Of a stretch of 64,000 nucleotides of DNA, positions 11,313 to 21,038 are shown in pieces; position 1 is the stretch's first letter, and each line of letters starts with the position of its first letter. The DNA comes from Thecamonas trahens ATCC 50062. Taxonomy: Eukaryota > Protista > Apusomonadida. The notes beneath the pieces are model-generated. The model saw nothing but the letters and a program-made list of their open reading frames with translations, did not search any database and was not told the DNA's origin. Location: NCBI RefSeq assembly GCF_000142905.1, contig NW_013657620.1:124001-188000 (forward strand), in the 5' to 3' direction. Made by a program: the position numbers and the translations under genes.

Positions 11313-11678
11313 NNNNNNNNNNNNNNNNNNNNNNNNNNNNNNNNNNNNNNNNNNNNNNNNNNNNNNNNNNNNNNNNNNNNNNNNNNNNNNNNNNNNNNNN
11401 NNNNNNNNNNNNNNNNNNNNNNNNNNNNNNNNNNNNNNNNNNNNNNNNNNNNNNNNNNNNNNNNNNNNNNNNNNNNNNNNNNNNNNNNNNNNNNNNNNNN
11501 NNNNNNNNNNNNNNNNNNNNNNNNNNNNNNNNNNNNNNNNNNNNNNNNNNNNNNNNNNNNNNNNNNNNNNNNNNNNNNNNNNNNNNNNNNNNNNNNNNNN
11601 NNNNNNNNNNNNNNNNNNNNNNNNNNNNNNNNNNNNNNNNNNNNNNNNNNNNNNNNNNNNNNNNNNNNNNNNNNNNNN
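11313..11678. other. Assembly gap (N run) flanked by poly-C tracts
   Basis: N run in the sequence. Confidence 1.
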
Positions 11679-11871
11679 AACCCCCCCCCCCCCCCCCCCG
11701 ACCACCCCCCGCACCCCCCGCACCCCCCTCCCCCCCTCGCCACTCTGCCCTGCTGCTGCACGTCTGTGCTTTGCCCAGGTGCGGCTACACATTCGATGCA
11801 GCCACCGTCGCACATACCACTCTCTGGTACAGACAGACTGTGTGCGGATACCGGTAGACGGTTTGCGACAC

Positions 11872-13380
11872 ATGGTTCGGGTGGGGACTGTGATGGCTAT
11901 GGCAGCCGTGGTGGCTGTGGTGGCCTTGGCGGCCGTGGTGGCCGAAGCGCGCGGAGCAGTGGTCGGCGGAGCGGACGACGGTGGAGAAGGCAAGACGGGC
12001 GAGGGTGGGGCCAGGAGAGCCCAGCATGTCATCGTGCTGATGATGGAGAACCACTCGTTTGACAACGTGTTTGGCTTCCTCCCCGGAGTCGGATCGCTCT
12101 CGACAGAGGTGTTCAACTACGTCGAGGCCGGCAACATGTCGTCGGAGCGTGTCAACGTCACCCGTGGCGCGCCGTACTGTGTCAAGCCTGATCCCATCCA
12201 TATTGTGCCTGATGTCGGCGATCAAGTGACGGCGCCCAACTCGGCGTTTGGTCATGGCTATGCGCCTACCATGGGCGGCTTTGTGGAGAACTTTGTCCGC
12301 CGGACCAAGGCCACGCGTCCTGCCGAGGTCATGGCTGGCTACACGCCCGAGCAGCTTCCGGTCCTCTCGGCGCTTGCGCGCAACTTTCGCGTCTACACCC
12401 GGTGGCACTCGGCGGTTGCTGGCTCGACTGGCATCAATCGGCTGTTTGCTCATGCCGGCACGAGCGGATCGTACACCGGCGGTGAGTACGAGGCGCCGGG
12501 GCTCAAGCTCGAGGCGCCGACCCTGTTCGAGGCGCTCATGGCCGAGGGCGTGTCGACCCGGATTGAGTACGTCGACTTTTGCTCAGCCCATGCAATCAAG
12601 CCGCTCGCCGACAAGCACCGCCACATCTTTTCGCGATCGCACAAGCTGGAGGCGTTCTTCACCTCGCTCCGAGAAGGGACGCTCGCCAACTACACCTGGG
12701 TTGTCCCACAGCTTCTCCCTGCGCTTGACGCGTACCCGACCTCGATGCACCCATCCGGCGACATCCGTGCCGGCGAGGCTCTCATCAAGAACGTGGTTGA
12801 GTCGCTGATGGCGTCGCAGTACTGGAACGACACGATCCTCCTCATCACCTTTGATGAGCACGGTGGCTTCCATGACACCGCCCCGCCACCCGGCCCGGGC
12901 GTCGGCTCTGGCCCGGTCCCGGACCCCAACCCCGACATCGCGCCGCATCCGTACACGTACGACTTTACTCGCCTCGGTGTCCGGGTTCCGACCCTCCTTG
13001 TCTCTCCATGGGTCGACGCCGGCGTCGACGACACTCTCTACTGGGGCTCGTCGGTTCCGGCCACTGTGGCTGCCCACTTTGGGCTCACCTCGCCCCCGCT
13101 CACCTCGCGCATTGCTGCCGCACCGCGCTTCAACGTCGACCTCAGATCGTCGCCGCGCGCTCCTTCGTCGTATCCCGCCGTCCTCCCGGAGCCTGCGCCA
13201 GGCCCCTACTGCCGCATCCTCCGCAGCGATCCAGCCTACGGCGAGGAGTTCCTCAGCATGTATCAGACCCTCCTCGACGAAGCCGGCATCTGCCTCCCCG
13301 CGCACTCGCGCGATGTCACCACAGCCTACCAGGCACACCAGTGGCTCTTATCCGCCATCGCCGCCTTGTTCGGCCAGTGA
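11872..13380 (+). CDS. Secreted phosphoesterase (non-specific phospholipase C / AcpA acid phosphatase family)
   Basis: Signal peptide; HVIVLMMENHSFD, DPIH, STGINRLFAHAGTS (catalytic Thr), SMHP, LLITFDEHGGFHD, RLGVRVPTLLVSPWV. Confidence 0.92.
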   Translation: MVRVGTVMAMAAVVAVVALAAVVAEARGAVVGGADDGGEGKTGEGGARRAQHVIVLMMENHSFDNVFGFLPGVGSLSTEVFNYVEAGNMSSERVNVTRGAPYCVKPDPIHIVPDVGDQVTAPNSAFGHGYAPTMGGFVENFVRRTKATRPAEVMAGYTPEQLPVLSALARNFRVYTRWHSAVAGSTGINRLFAHAGTSGSYTGGEYEAPGLKLEAPTLFEALMAEGVSTRIEYVDFCSAHAIKPLADKHRHIFSRSHKLEAFFTSLREGTLANYTWVVPQLLPALDAYPTSMHPSGDIRAGEALIKNVVESLMASQYWNDTILLITFDEHGGFHDTAPPPGPGVGSGPVPDPNPDIAPHPYTYDFTRLGVRVPTLLVSPWVDAGVDDTLYWGSSVPATVAAHFGLTSPPLTSRIAAAPRFNVDLRSSPRAPSSYPAVLPEPAPGPYCRILRSDPAYGEEFLSMYQTLLDEAGICLPAHSRDVTTAYQAHQWLLSAIAALFGQ

Positions 13381-13520
13381 TGGGATGAAGCCCCTGCACG
13401 CCCCCTCTCCCCTCCCTGCCCGCGCCCCTGGTGAATTTTCAACACTCTTTTCTGTTGCACCGATCACCCGATCACCCGACCCTTCTCACCCTGCCTACTC
13501 TGCCCGAAGCAGTGGCCATC

Positions 13521-13616
13521 AAACAGTCGCCGGCCGAAACGGTCGCCGGCCGAAACGGTCGCCGGCCGAAACGGTCGCCGGCCGAAACGGTCGCCGGCCG
13601 AAACGGTCGCCGGCCG
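13521..13616 (+). repeat. Tandem array, 6 x 16 bp AAACGGTCGCCGGCCG (first copy AAACAGTC...), followed by an inverted partial copy GACCGTTT at 13620-13627
   Basis: Counted directly: units start at 13521, 13537, 13553, 13569, 13585 and 13601. Confidence 0.97.
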
Positions 13617-13726
13617 ACAGACCGTTTGCCACTCGACCGACTCGGGGCCAGCGGCACCAGGTAACGCACGCCAACGACGACGACGACGACGACCACCACC
13701 ACCCCGCCGGATACTCTGGTGTGAGG

Positions 13727-13961
13727 ATGAGCTCCGGGTGGGCAGACGACTTTGAGCTGTCGCAGGATGATCCTGTGGACGTCCAGGTGGCGAGCCTGGT
13801 GGCAGCCTGGGACACTGGCGGTGGGCAAGGCGGAGCTGGTCGAGGCGCTGATGGTGGTGGGCATGGGAATGGGGACGGGAATGGGGATGGGGATGATCAT
13901 CGGCCGGGCAACATCCACGCCGACCGCCACACCGATGGTGGCAATGGTGGTGGGCATGGGA

Positions 13962-13994
<33 letters not shown>

Positions 13995-15537
13995 GCAATG
14001 ATGATGGGGATGATGATGGCGATGGTGATAGTGATGGCGAGTACGAGTACGAGTACGAGTACGAGCATGTGAACGTGCCCGTCGACTATCCCTCGGACGC
14101 TGGCTTTCCGCCCGCTGTTGGCGCCAAGGGCTATCCGGTCTCCGACTCGGAGATGGACTCGTTGGATCACGAGCTGATGACGGCCAACGTCGAGTCCGAC
14201 GGCACCGTCACTGCTAGGTGCAACGATGATGACCCTTTTCCCAACGAAGATACCATGCTCGACGACATCCGTGACATCATCGATGACGTCGAGCCGTCTA
14301 CCACCGACTTTGATCCCGACGGCGACGCCAGCTCGGTGGCCTCGTCGGAAACCGTTGCCTGCGCTAGTGATGACTTTCAAGACCAACACGATGCCATGGC
14401 ACTTCTCCGCGCCGACTCGGCCGTCGCTACCGACCGGCCGTCACTCTCGCCGCCTGCCCAGAATTTGGGTGGCGACGACTCGCTGCAGCTCTCGCCGATC
14501 TCCGACTCGATTCCGCCGCGGTACCAGACCGTCACCTGCGACATCACTGAAGTCACAGCCGAGGTGTTCGGCGACCACACGGCGTCGACGTCGTCGGACG
14601 ACCCGTTCGAGTCCGACGACGATCCTGCTGCGCTCGAGGCCGCTGTTGCCCGTCGTGCTCAAGAGATCAAGAACGCACTCGGCGGGCACTCGCTCTTCTC
14701 CACTCGGTCGTCACCGCCAGTCCCCGGCCCGTCGTCGTACGTCCTGGCCTCGACCCTCTTTCCGCCGCGCGCCTCGTCGCTCGGTCCGGGCATCCTCTCG
14801 CCAGCCCCGCCCGATCTATACAATTCGTCGCTGTTGTCACGCACCTCCCATCACGCGCCATCAACAACACCGCCGCCGGCGGCAACACCTCCGCGGTCCG
14901 CCATCTTTTTCCCCCGCGCCGCCGCATATCCGAGTCGCCGCCGTCAGACGCCTCCCGATTCTCGTTCCTCACCTCTGTCCCGCCGCCGTCGCGACTCTCG
15001 CCGCCACGCAATGTGTCGGCGCCACCGCCACGCGCGTCGCTGTTTTCGGATCTGGACGCCACACGGCTTCCACCTCGTCCGCGCTCGCCGCGGCTCGAAC
15101 GGAGCTCACTGCCGCCGGTCCCGCGCTCGTCAATCTTTATCAATCACGACGTCCGCTCCTCGCCACCATCGACATCGTCTTCTCAGCGAACGCAGCTGTT
15201 TGCCTCGCGCGAGTCGGTGCCACGATCTGTGGCTCCGTCGGCCGTGCTCGACACCGTCCCAGTCCGCGGTCCGTCGTCGCGGGTGGCAGTTCTCGCCGAG
15301 CCAGAGCTCTCCGACAAGGAAGCGCGACTGCTGGCTCAGCTCGAGGCGGCCCGGGCCGAGCTGGAGGCTGAGCGAGCACGATTCCGAGACATGATGATTC
15401 GCATGCCGCGCGAGGCGCTCGCGGCCCGGCTCTCGCCGCCCACCCTCGGAGTCGGCGACGCCGGCCTCGGCCTCGCCTCGCACCACGAAGTCGACCGCAA
15501 GCTCTCAGACGCCTGGTCGTCGTTCACGGGGCGATGA
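13727..15537 (+). CDS. Hypothetical intrinsically disordered protein (acidic N-half, Ser/Pro/Arg-rich C-half, short C-terminal coiled coil); contains an apparent frameshift at about 14847-14915
   Basis: MSSGWADDF... reads as protein with C-ending codons until about 14848. The -1 frame then carries the coding-like codon pattern (AINNTAAGGNTSAVRHLFPP...) through ELSDKEARLLAQLEAARAELEAERARF to the stop at 15537. Confidence 0.65.
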
Positions 15538-15553
15538 CCGCGCAGCTTTGTCC

Positions 15554-18500
15554 TCACGCCTGCCATGCCGCAGCAGCAAGAGCCTCGCTAGGGTTTGACA
15601 GAGCCGTCAGGTTCTGGATTTGAGCCTGCGCCAGTGCGAGCAAAGCCGTCACGTCGGTCTCAAACGCCGCGCCGGAGACCTCGCCGGCACCCAGCACGCG
15701 CGACAGTGCCACCCGGTACGTGCACACCAGCATGTCGATAAAGGCAACCATCACCATCCGCACATCGGCAAGGTCGTCCTGCATCAGCGCCTGCACAGCC
15801 TGCCGCTGCTGGGAGAGGAAGAGCCGCAGGTGAGCGTCACGGCCACTGGCCGGCAGGCAGTCGAGAAGGTTAGAGACAAGCCGGACGGCAGCGGCGCCGT
15901 CGCGTCCAAGAATGGCGTCAACCTTGTCGACTTCTTGCGGTACCACGTCGAGCCGCGCGAGCGTGTCGACCGCCACCACAACCGGCGGGTAGATCGAGGC
16001 TACAGGCTCGAGCGCTTCCAGCACCGCAGTCTGGGTCAGGCCCGACAGCGTGGGCGACACCAGCGCCGCCCGCAGGTACAGGTCATCGACCACCGCAGGA
16101 TCCATCGACGGCTCAAACTGGCGGACAAGGCGGTCAAACTGGACAAAGTTGATCAGCCCGTCCTCATCCGAGTCGAGCGTGTTGAACAGCTCGATGAGCG
16201 CCGCCCGCCGCTGCATCAGCACCCGCGAGTAGCCCTCAGCAACCTCGGCGAGAACCAGCGAGAGGGCGACCTGGGCGTGCATCGTCGGGTCGCCGCGAAG
16301 CACCGCGGTGGCCCCGCCCCAGTCCTCAACCTCGACCGGAAACGCCCGCTGCGAGATGCGGTCGACCATGGCCTGGACCACTCTGATGCCGCAGTGCCGG
16401 AACGCTGCCCGCACCACCTGTTGCACCAGTGCAAGGTGGACCCGCGCGTCTCCCGGCAGCACCGACGCGCACGCCGAGTCCTTCGCCACCGCTTCGTCGT
16501 CGCCTCCAGCGGCCTCCTCTTCGGCTTGACGCCGAGACACACTCCCACCAAACACCACCCCAAACGGCGAGTGGCCGATGCCTGCGAGCACCGCCATAGC
16601 TGCCCGGAACACCGCGTCCGAGTACCCACCAGAGAGGAACCGCATGAAGAGTCGGATGATGCCGTCGCGTCGCTCGCCATAGGCATCAACCGCCGCCAGC
16701 AGTGCAAGCCCAGAATCGATCGCGACCTGGCCCGACTGCTCACTTCCGATCAGGTGAACCAGGAGCTCCTCCGAGAATGGGCCGAGGCCGGCCATTGGGT
16801 CGATTTCCTCGCTGCGGACTGCCGACGGCGTCGACGCACGCAGTGCACGGTCTGCTGCGCCGTAGTAAAACTGGTAGATAAACTCGTGGAGCCACTCGAC
16901 CGTCGGGACTTGGACTTCTTCCACCTCGCTCGTTCGCCACACCCCGAGGCCAAGCATCTTCTGCATGGTCTTATGTCGCGACTCGCTAGTCTCTCTCGCC
17001 AGGGACCGTGCCGAGCTGCACGACGAACTGGTGCTGGAGCTTGATCCCGAGCTGGAGCTTGAAGTTCCAGACGACCGCGGCGACGACTGCGAGCCGACCG
17101 CGGCGACGACTGCGAGCCGGGCTCGTTGGTCACACTCGAGTCGCCAACCCGGACCAGCGCCAGCGAGCCCTGGTGTTGCTGGAGCTCGACCGTGAGCGTG
17201 AAGCCGAGACCGAGGCCGAGACCGAGGCCGAGACCGAGGCCGAAATCGAGGCTGACTCGTACGAATAGCACGAGGAGGCTGAGCCCGAGCGTTTTTGCCG
17301 CTTCTTGCGGACTCTGATCCGCTTGCGCCGTCTTGGCCTTGGCCCTGATCCTGGTCTTGGTCTTGGTCTTGGTCTTGGTCTTGGTCCTGGTCTTGGGAAC
17401 CGGCTCGGCGACTAAACCTGCCGACGACAACCGCTTGTGCAGCCGCTTCCGCAGCCGGCGCTTCAGTCGCTTCTTCAGCCGGCGCTTTGCACGTCGCTCC
17501 AGAATCTCGAGCACGCGCGCCTCATACGCGCCAAGCGCATCAGGCGAGAGATCAAAGTTTGAGGTCGAGCCGCCGTGTGTCCGTGTGTAGAGCAAGTTGC
17601 CAAAGGTCCTGTTCTGAGTCTCAAACGCGTTGCGCGGTGGGTGGATGAGCGTGTCGACCTTGCAGCTCTTTTCCTCAAATAGCTTGAACGGCAGCGAGGT
17701 GTCGACAAGTGTGGGGAGTGCGTCAATCTCGCCGTCAACGCCGGTCTGGACCGCCACCGTCTTGAGAAGTGCGCGCTTGCGGGTGTGTGCGGCGCCAACG
17801 CCGGGGCCGGGGCCAGCGCCAAGTACCTTGTCCACAGCGGCCTGAAACGCCGACGCCCGGCGGCCCTTGAGCCGCGCAGCCTCCTGCAGAGCAGCATCAG
17901 TGTCAGCGTCAGCCTTGACCTCGCCGCCTGACGCTGCACGCGCCATCATCGACACGTGCAGAGCACGCTGCGTCGCCGCCAGCTGGCTTTTGAGCTTGTT
18001 GGCCTTGTTCGTCAGTTTCTTTTGGACCTTGAGCGAGCGCAGCTGCTCGGCCTGGAGCAGCTGGCGCTCAAACTCGAGCTGGTGCTCGAGCGAGACAATG
18101 TTGGCTTCGAGCTCGCGCTTGGCTGTGGTCCACTTGCTAGCCTCGGCTTTGAGCTTGGCATGAGACTCGGAGGCCGTGAGCATGGTCGACTTGAGCTCGT
18201 CCACCTTGGACTGCCACTCCTCCAACTGCGAGGCCAGCTCAACCTTGTACGCCTTTTCCAGCCGCATCTGCTCCTGGCGCTCTGAGACGTCAGTCTTGGT
18301 CTGGGCATTGAGCTCACGCGCTTCAGCAACCTCGCCGCGCATCGACGCCGCCTGTGCCTCCAACTGGCTCACTCGTGACTCGTAGACATGGACAGCCTCG
18401 TCCAAATTGGCCTGCAGCGCCTCGATCATCGAGTTGAGCAGCATGCCGCGTGACCAGTCTGACGCGGCGACCTGGCGGACCATCTCATGGAGCGCAACGC

Positions 18501-19706
18501 CATAAGCATCGCGCACCGCGGTCAGCCTCCCGAGCTCGTCCTCGGCATCGCCGACGTCGTCAAGCTTGGAGCCACGCTTTCCACTCCATTCAGCCGTGGC
18601 GTTCGTCACCATCTTCTCGAGCGCGTCCGAGAGAAAGCCGACCTGCGCCGGCGCCGACGGGTGCTTAGCCGGAAAGGCGACGACATGGTACTGCGAGTCG
18701 GCAAAGTGGACCTCGTACCGCTCGTCGTACTCGACCGGCCGGATGAAAAGATGCTTGACCACGTGATACCTCTCGGGAATGCGCGACGGGAGCGAGAGCA
18801 TGAGCTTGGCCTGTGCGCCTGGGTCGGCGGCGCCCATAGACGAGGCGCCGAAGTTGAGCTCTTCAGCGGCATCAGTTTCGGCTAGCCAATCCGAACTTGC
18901 TGCCATATCAAAGTCGATGTTCGAGTCGAGCTCACTAAACGCGCGAGGAGTATCATACATGCCCGACTTGCGGCGCATTGCCTGGAATCGCTCGGCTACC
19001 GACTCGATTGAGAACTCGGAGCCGCGGCGGATGCTCGAGGTCACCGCCACCGACGACCGCCGCGGACTACTGGACTCGAGTGTGGCTTTGCGAGACTTGA
19101 ACGAGCCGAGACTTGCGCGGACTTTGCCCCATGACGACAGCGAGCTGCGCGACACGGCCTGCGACTCCGTCTCACCGCCACTCGCGTCATCAGGCATCGC
19201 CACCGAGGACATCGACGACGACAGCGGATCGGCCTTCTTCTCGCCCCACGGCAACAAGCTCTTGTCGGTGCTCTTGCCGCGGGCAGAGAGGGTGACCACT
19301 GACCGCCGCCGTGGCGACGCCAATCGGTACTTGGCCAGCGTCTCATCGTCGAGACTGGTGTCTGCTCCCGCGTTCTTGCCGCCCTTCGACGACGGCGGCG
19401 AGCCCGGAGGCGAGCCGCCCGACACCGACCGCTCCGTCAGCGGAGTCAGGCCCGTGCGGACCGCGTCGCGGCTTCTTGCCTGCGACCGGCTATGAGACGA
19501 CGGCGAGGATGGCGGCGAGCCCAGCGACGGTGGGCCAGGCGAGGGCGGTGTCCGTGGCGACACTGGCGGCGATGGCGACGACGGCGACAACTCGCGCGCG
19601 GCCGCCCGTCGCACCGCCCGCTGCAGCAGCCCAGTCCGCAACGAAGGCACTTTTGGCGACGAGTTGCTTCGCGACCGTCCCGCCCCCACACTCCGTGCCC
19701 GCTCAT
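15554..19706 (-). CDS. Axonemal dynein light chain (p28/AXDND1-like) domain + coiled coil + C-terminal EF-hand protein; ORF interrupted near 17074-17119 and probably near 19699
   Basis: AFPAKHPSAPAQVGFLSDALEKM...YGVALHEMVRQVAASDWSRGMLL resembles the Ax_dynein_light domain of AXDND1. Long heptad region follows. EF-hand LFNTLDSDEDGLINFVQF. ORFs 16750-19824 and 15554-16966 join in frame if one copy of a 23-bp duplication is removed. Confidence 0.7.
17074..17119 (+). repeat. Perfect 23-bp tandem duplication (ACCGCGGCGACGACTGCGAGCCG x2) inside a coding region
   Basis: Copies at 17074-17096 and 17097-17119. Confidence 0.95.
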
Positions 19707-19969
19707 GTACACCTATGTTTGCGTGGTTGGCCGGAGGTGTGTGTGTGGTGACTGGGCGTGGTGGAGGAAAGGGGCAAGCGGTGGCGCCACTCTGGCGCTG
19801 TTGCTGTTTGTTGATCAGGCGCACCCGACCCGATCAACCATTTTTTCCCACTTTGGCGACAGCCGACTCCGACGGCTTTTTCCTGAACGCTTTTGATCGA
19901 TCACGCCAAACAGACGCTCACTTCAGCACACCACCCACAGAGAGAGCAAGAGAGAGACCGCCATCATCG

Positions 19970-20982
19970 ATGTCGTCCTCAGGCTATCAGCTCGTAGCAC
20001 AAGACGAGAGTGCGGGCAACGGGGTGCATGGGTACGAGCCGCCCCCGCCTACCTCCAACGGGGAGCGGGACCAGGCTCGGCACGGCAGGCGGGGAGCGGT
20101 GGGGAGGGTACGGTCGAGTGCCCGTTCTGCACATGCGTTCTCCAGCGACCGGCTGGCGCTCTGGTTGTCCGCTGCGGTGTGTGTACCAATGTCATTAGCC
20201 TCCAGTCAGGGCATCCTTCCCCGGTCCCTGGGGCGGTGGTAGCTGGGGCGCCTGGTCAGCCTGCTGGCGCTGTATCGTCGCCCTCGGCCTTGGCCTCGCC
20301 ACCGCCGCTCCAGCCGCAGCCGAGAACACGGCCACTCCCTGCTCGTCTCAAGACCATCATCGTTTGTCCTCGCTGTGAGCTCCATCTCGCCCGTCCTCCG
20401 CCCTCCTCACCGGCATATGTCAATTGTGTCCGCTGCGGCATCGCCGTCGACTGCCGCAAGCCGTTGCGCTCCGGCCTGCCGCGGGATGCCTGGGCGCCTG
20501 ATGGCACTCAGATTCCCGCCGGTCTGCCTGTCACCCTCGCGCCGGGATCGGCTGCCCCTGTTGCGGTCTCGTATGCCGGCATTTCGGGCATCGTTCCGGC
20601 AGGCGTTCCGCCGCAGATGGGTGTTTCGGATCCTGCGGGCGTTTCGGGTCCGGTTCCGAGCCAAGCTGGTGGGGCCCCGCCTCTTCCGCCGCACTGGGAA
20701 CGCAAGTGGGACGCAGAGCGCGGCCGGTACTACTACGTCAACCATCGTGATCGGACGACGTCGTGGACGCCACCGGATCCAGAGCTCGAGGCGGTCATCG
20801 CAGCGTCGCTGGCAGAGACTACCGGGGCTAGCGGCTCGACCGGTTGTGACTCGGGCGGCAGTGCTGACGACGATGATGAGGAGCTGCAACGGGTGCTGGA
20901 GCTGTCACGGCTGGAGGCCGAGGCGGCGGCGGCAGCAGCGGGTGCGGCGGATGGCGGCGATAGCTCCGGTGACGAGGTATGA
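19970..20982 (+). CDS. Two LSD1-type (C4) zinc ribbons + WW domain + two UIM-like motifs; apparent frameshift at about 20060
   Basis: CPFCTCVLQRPAGALVVRCGVC and CPRCELHLARPPPSSPAYVNCVRC. WW: PLPPHWERKWDAERGRYYYVNHRDRTTSWTPP. UIMs: DPELEAVIAASLAE and DDEELQRVLELSRLE. The ATG at 19970 is one frame off; adding one G to GGGG (20060-63) restores a continuous ORF. Confidence 0.8.
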
Positions 20983-21038
20983 GTCGGGGCCGACTCGGCG
21001 GGTCATGTCGGGTGTGTGCCGAGTTTACGGGTGACCGG

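Noticed and set aside
10841-12116. ORFs spanning the N gaps (also 39396-40793 and 54572-55258)
   Set aside because: They are artefacts of translating Ns.
13378-13380. Selenocysteine or stop-codon readthrough at TGA stops
   Set aside because: The TGA codons checked fall at plausible C-termini, with no conserved domain continuing beyond them and no SECIS-like element evident.
13521-13616. CRISPR array or hammerhead ribozyme (CGAAAC core)
   Set aside because: The repeats are contiguous with no spacers and there are no cas genes. No CUGANGA box is present to complete a hammerhead.
12851-13726. N-terminal part of the 847-aa ORF overlapping the phosphoesterase and the 16-bp array
   Set aside because: It is an off-frame overlap and translated repeat. 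Protein-like sequence starts at ATG 13727.
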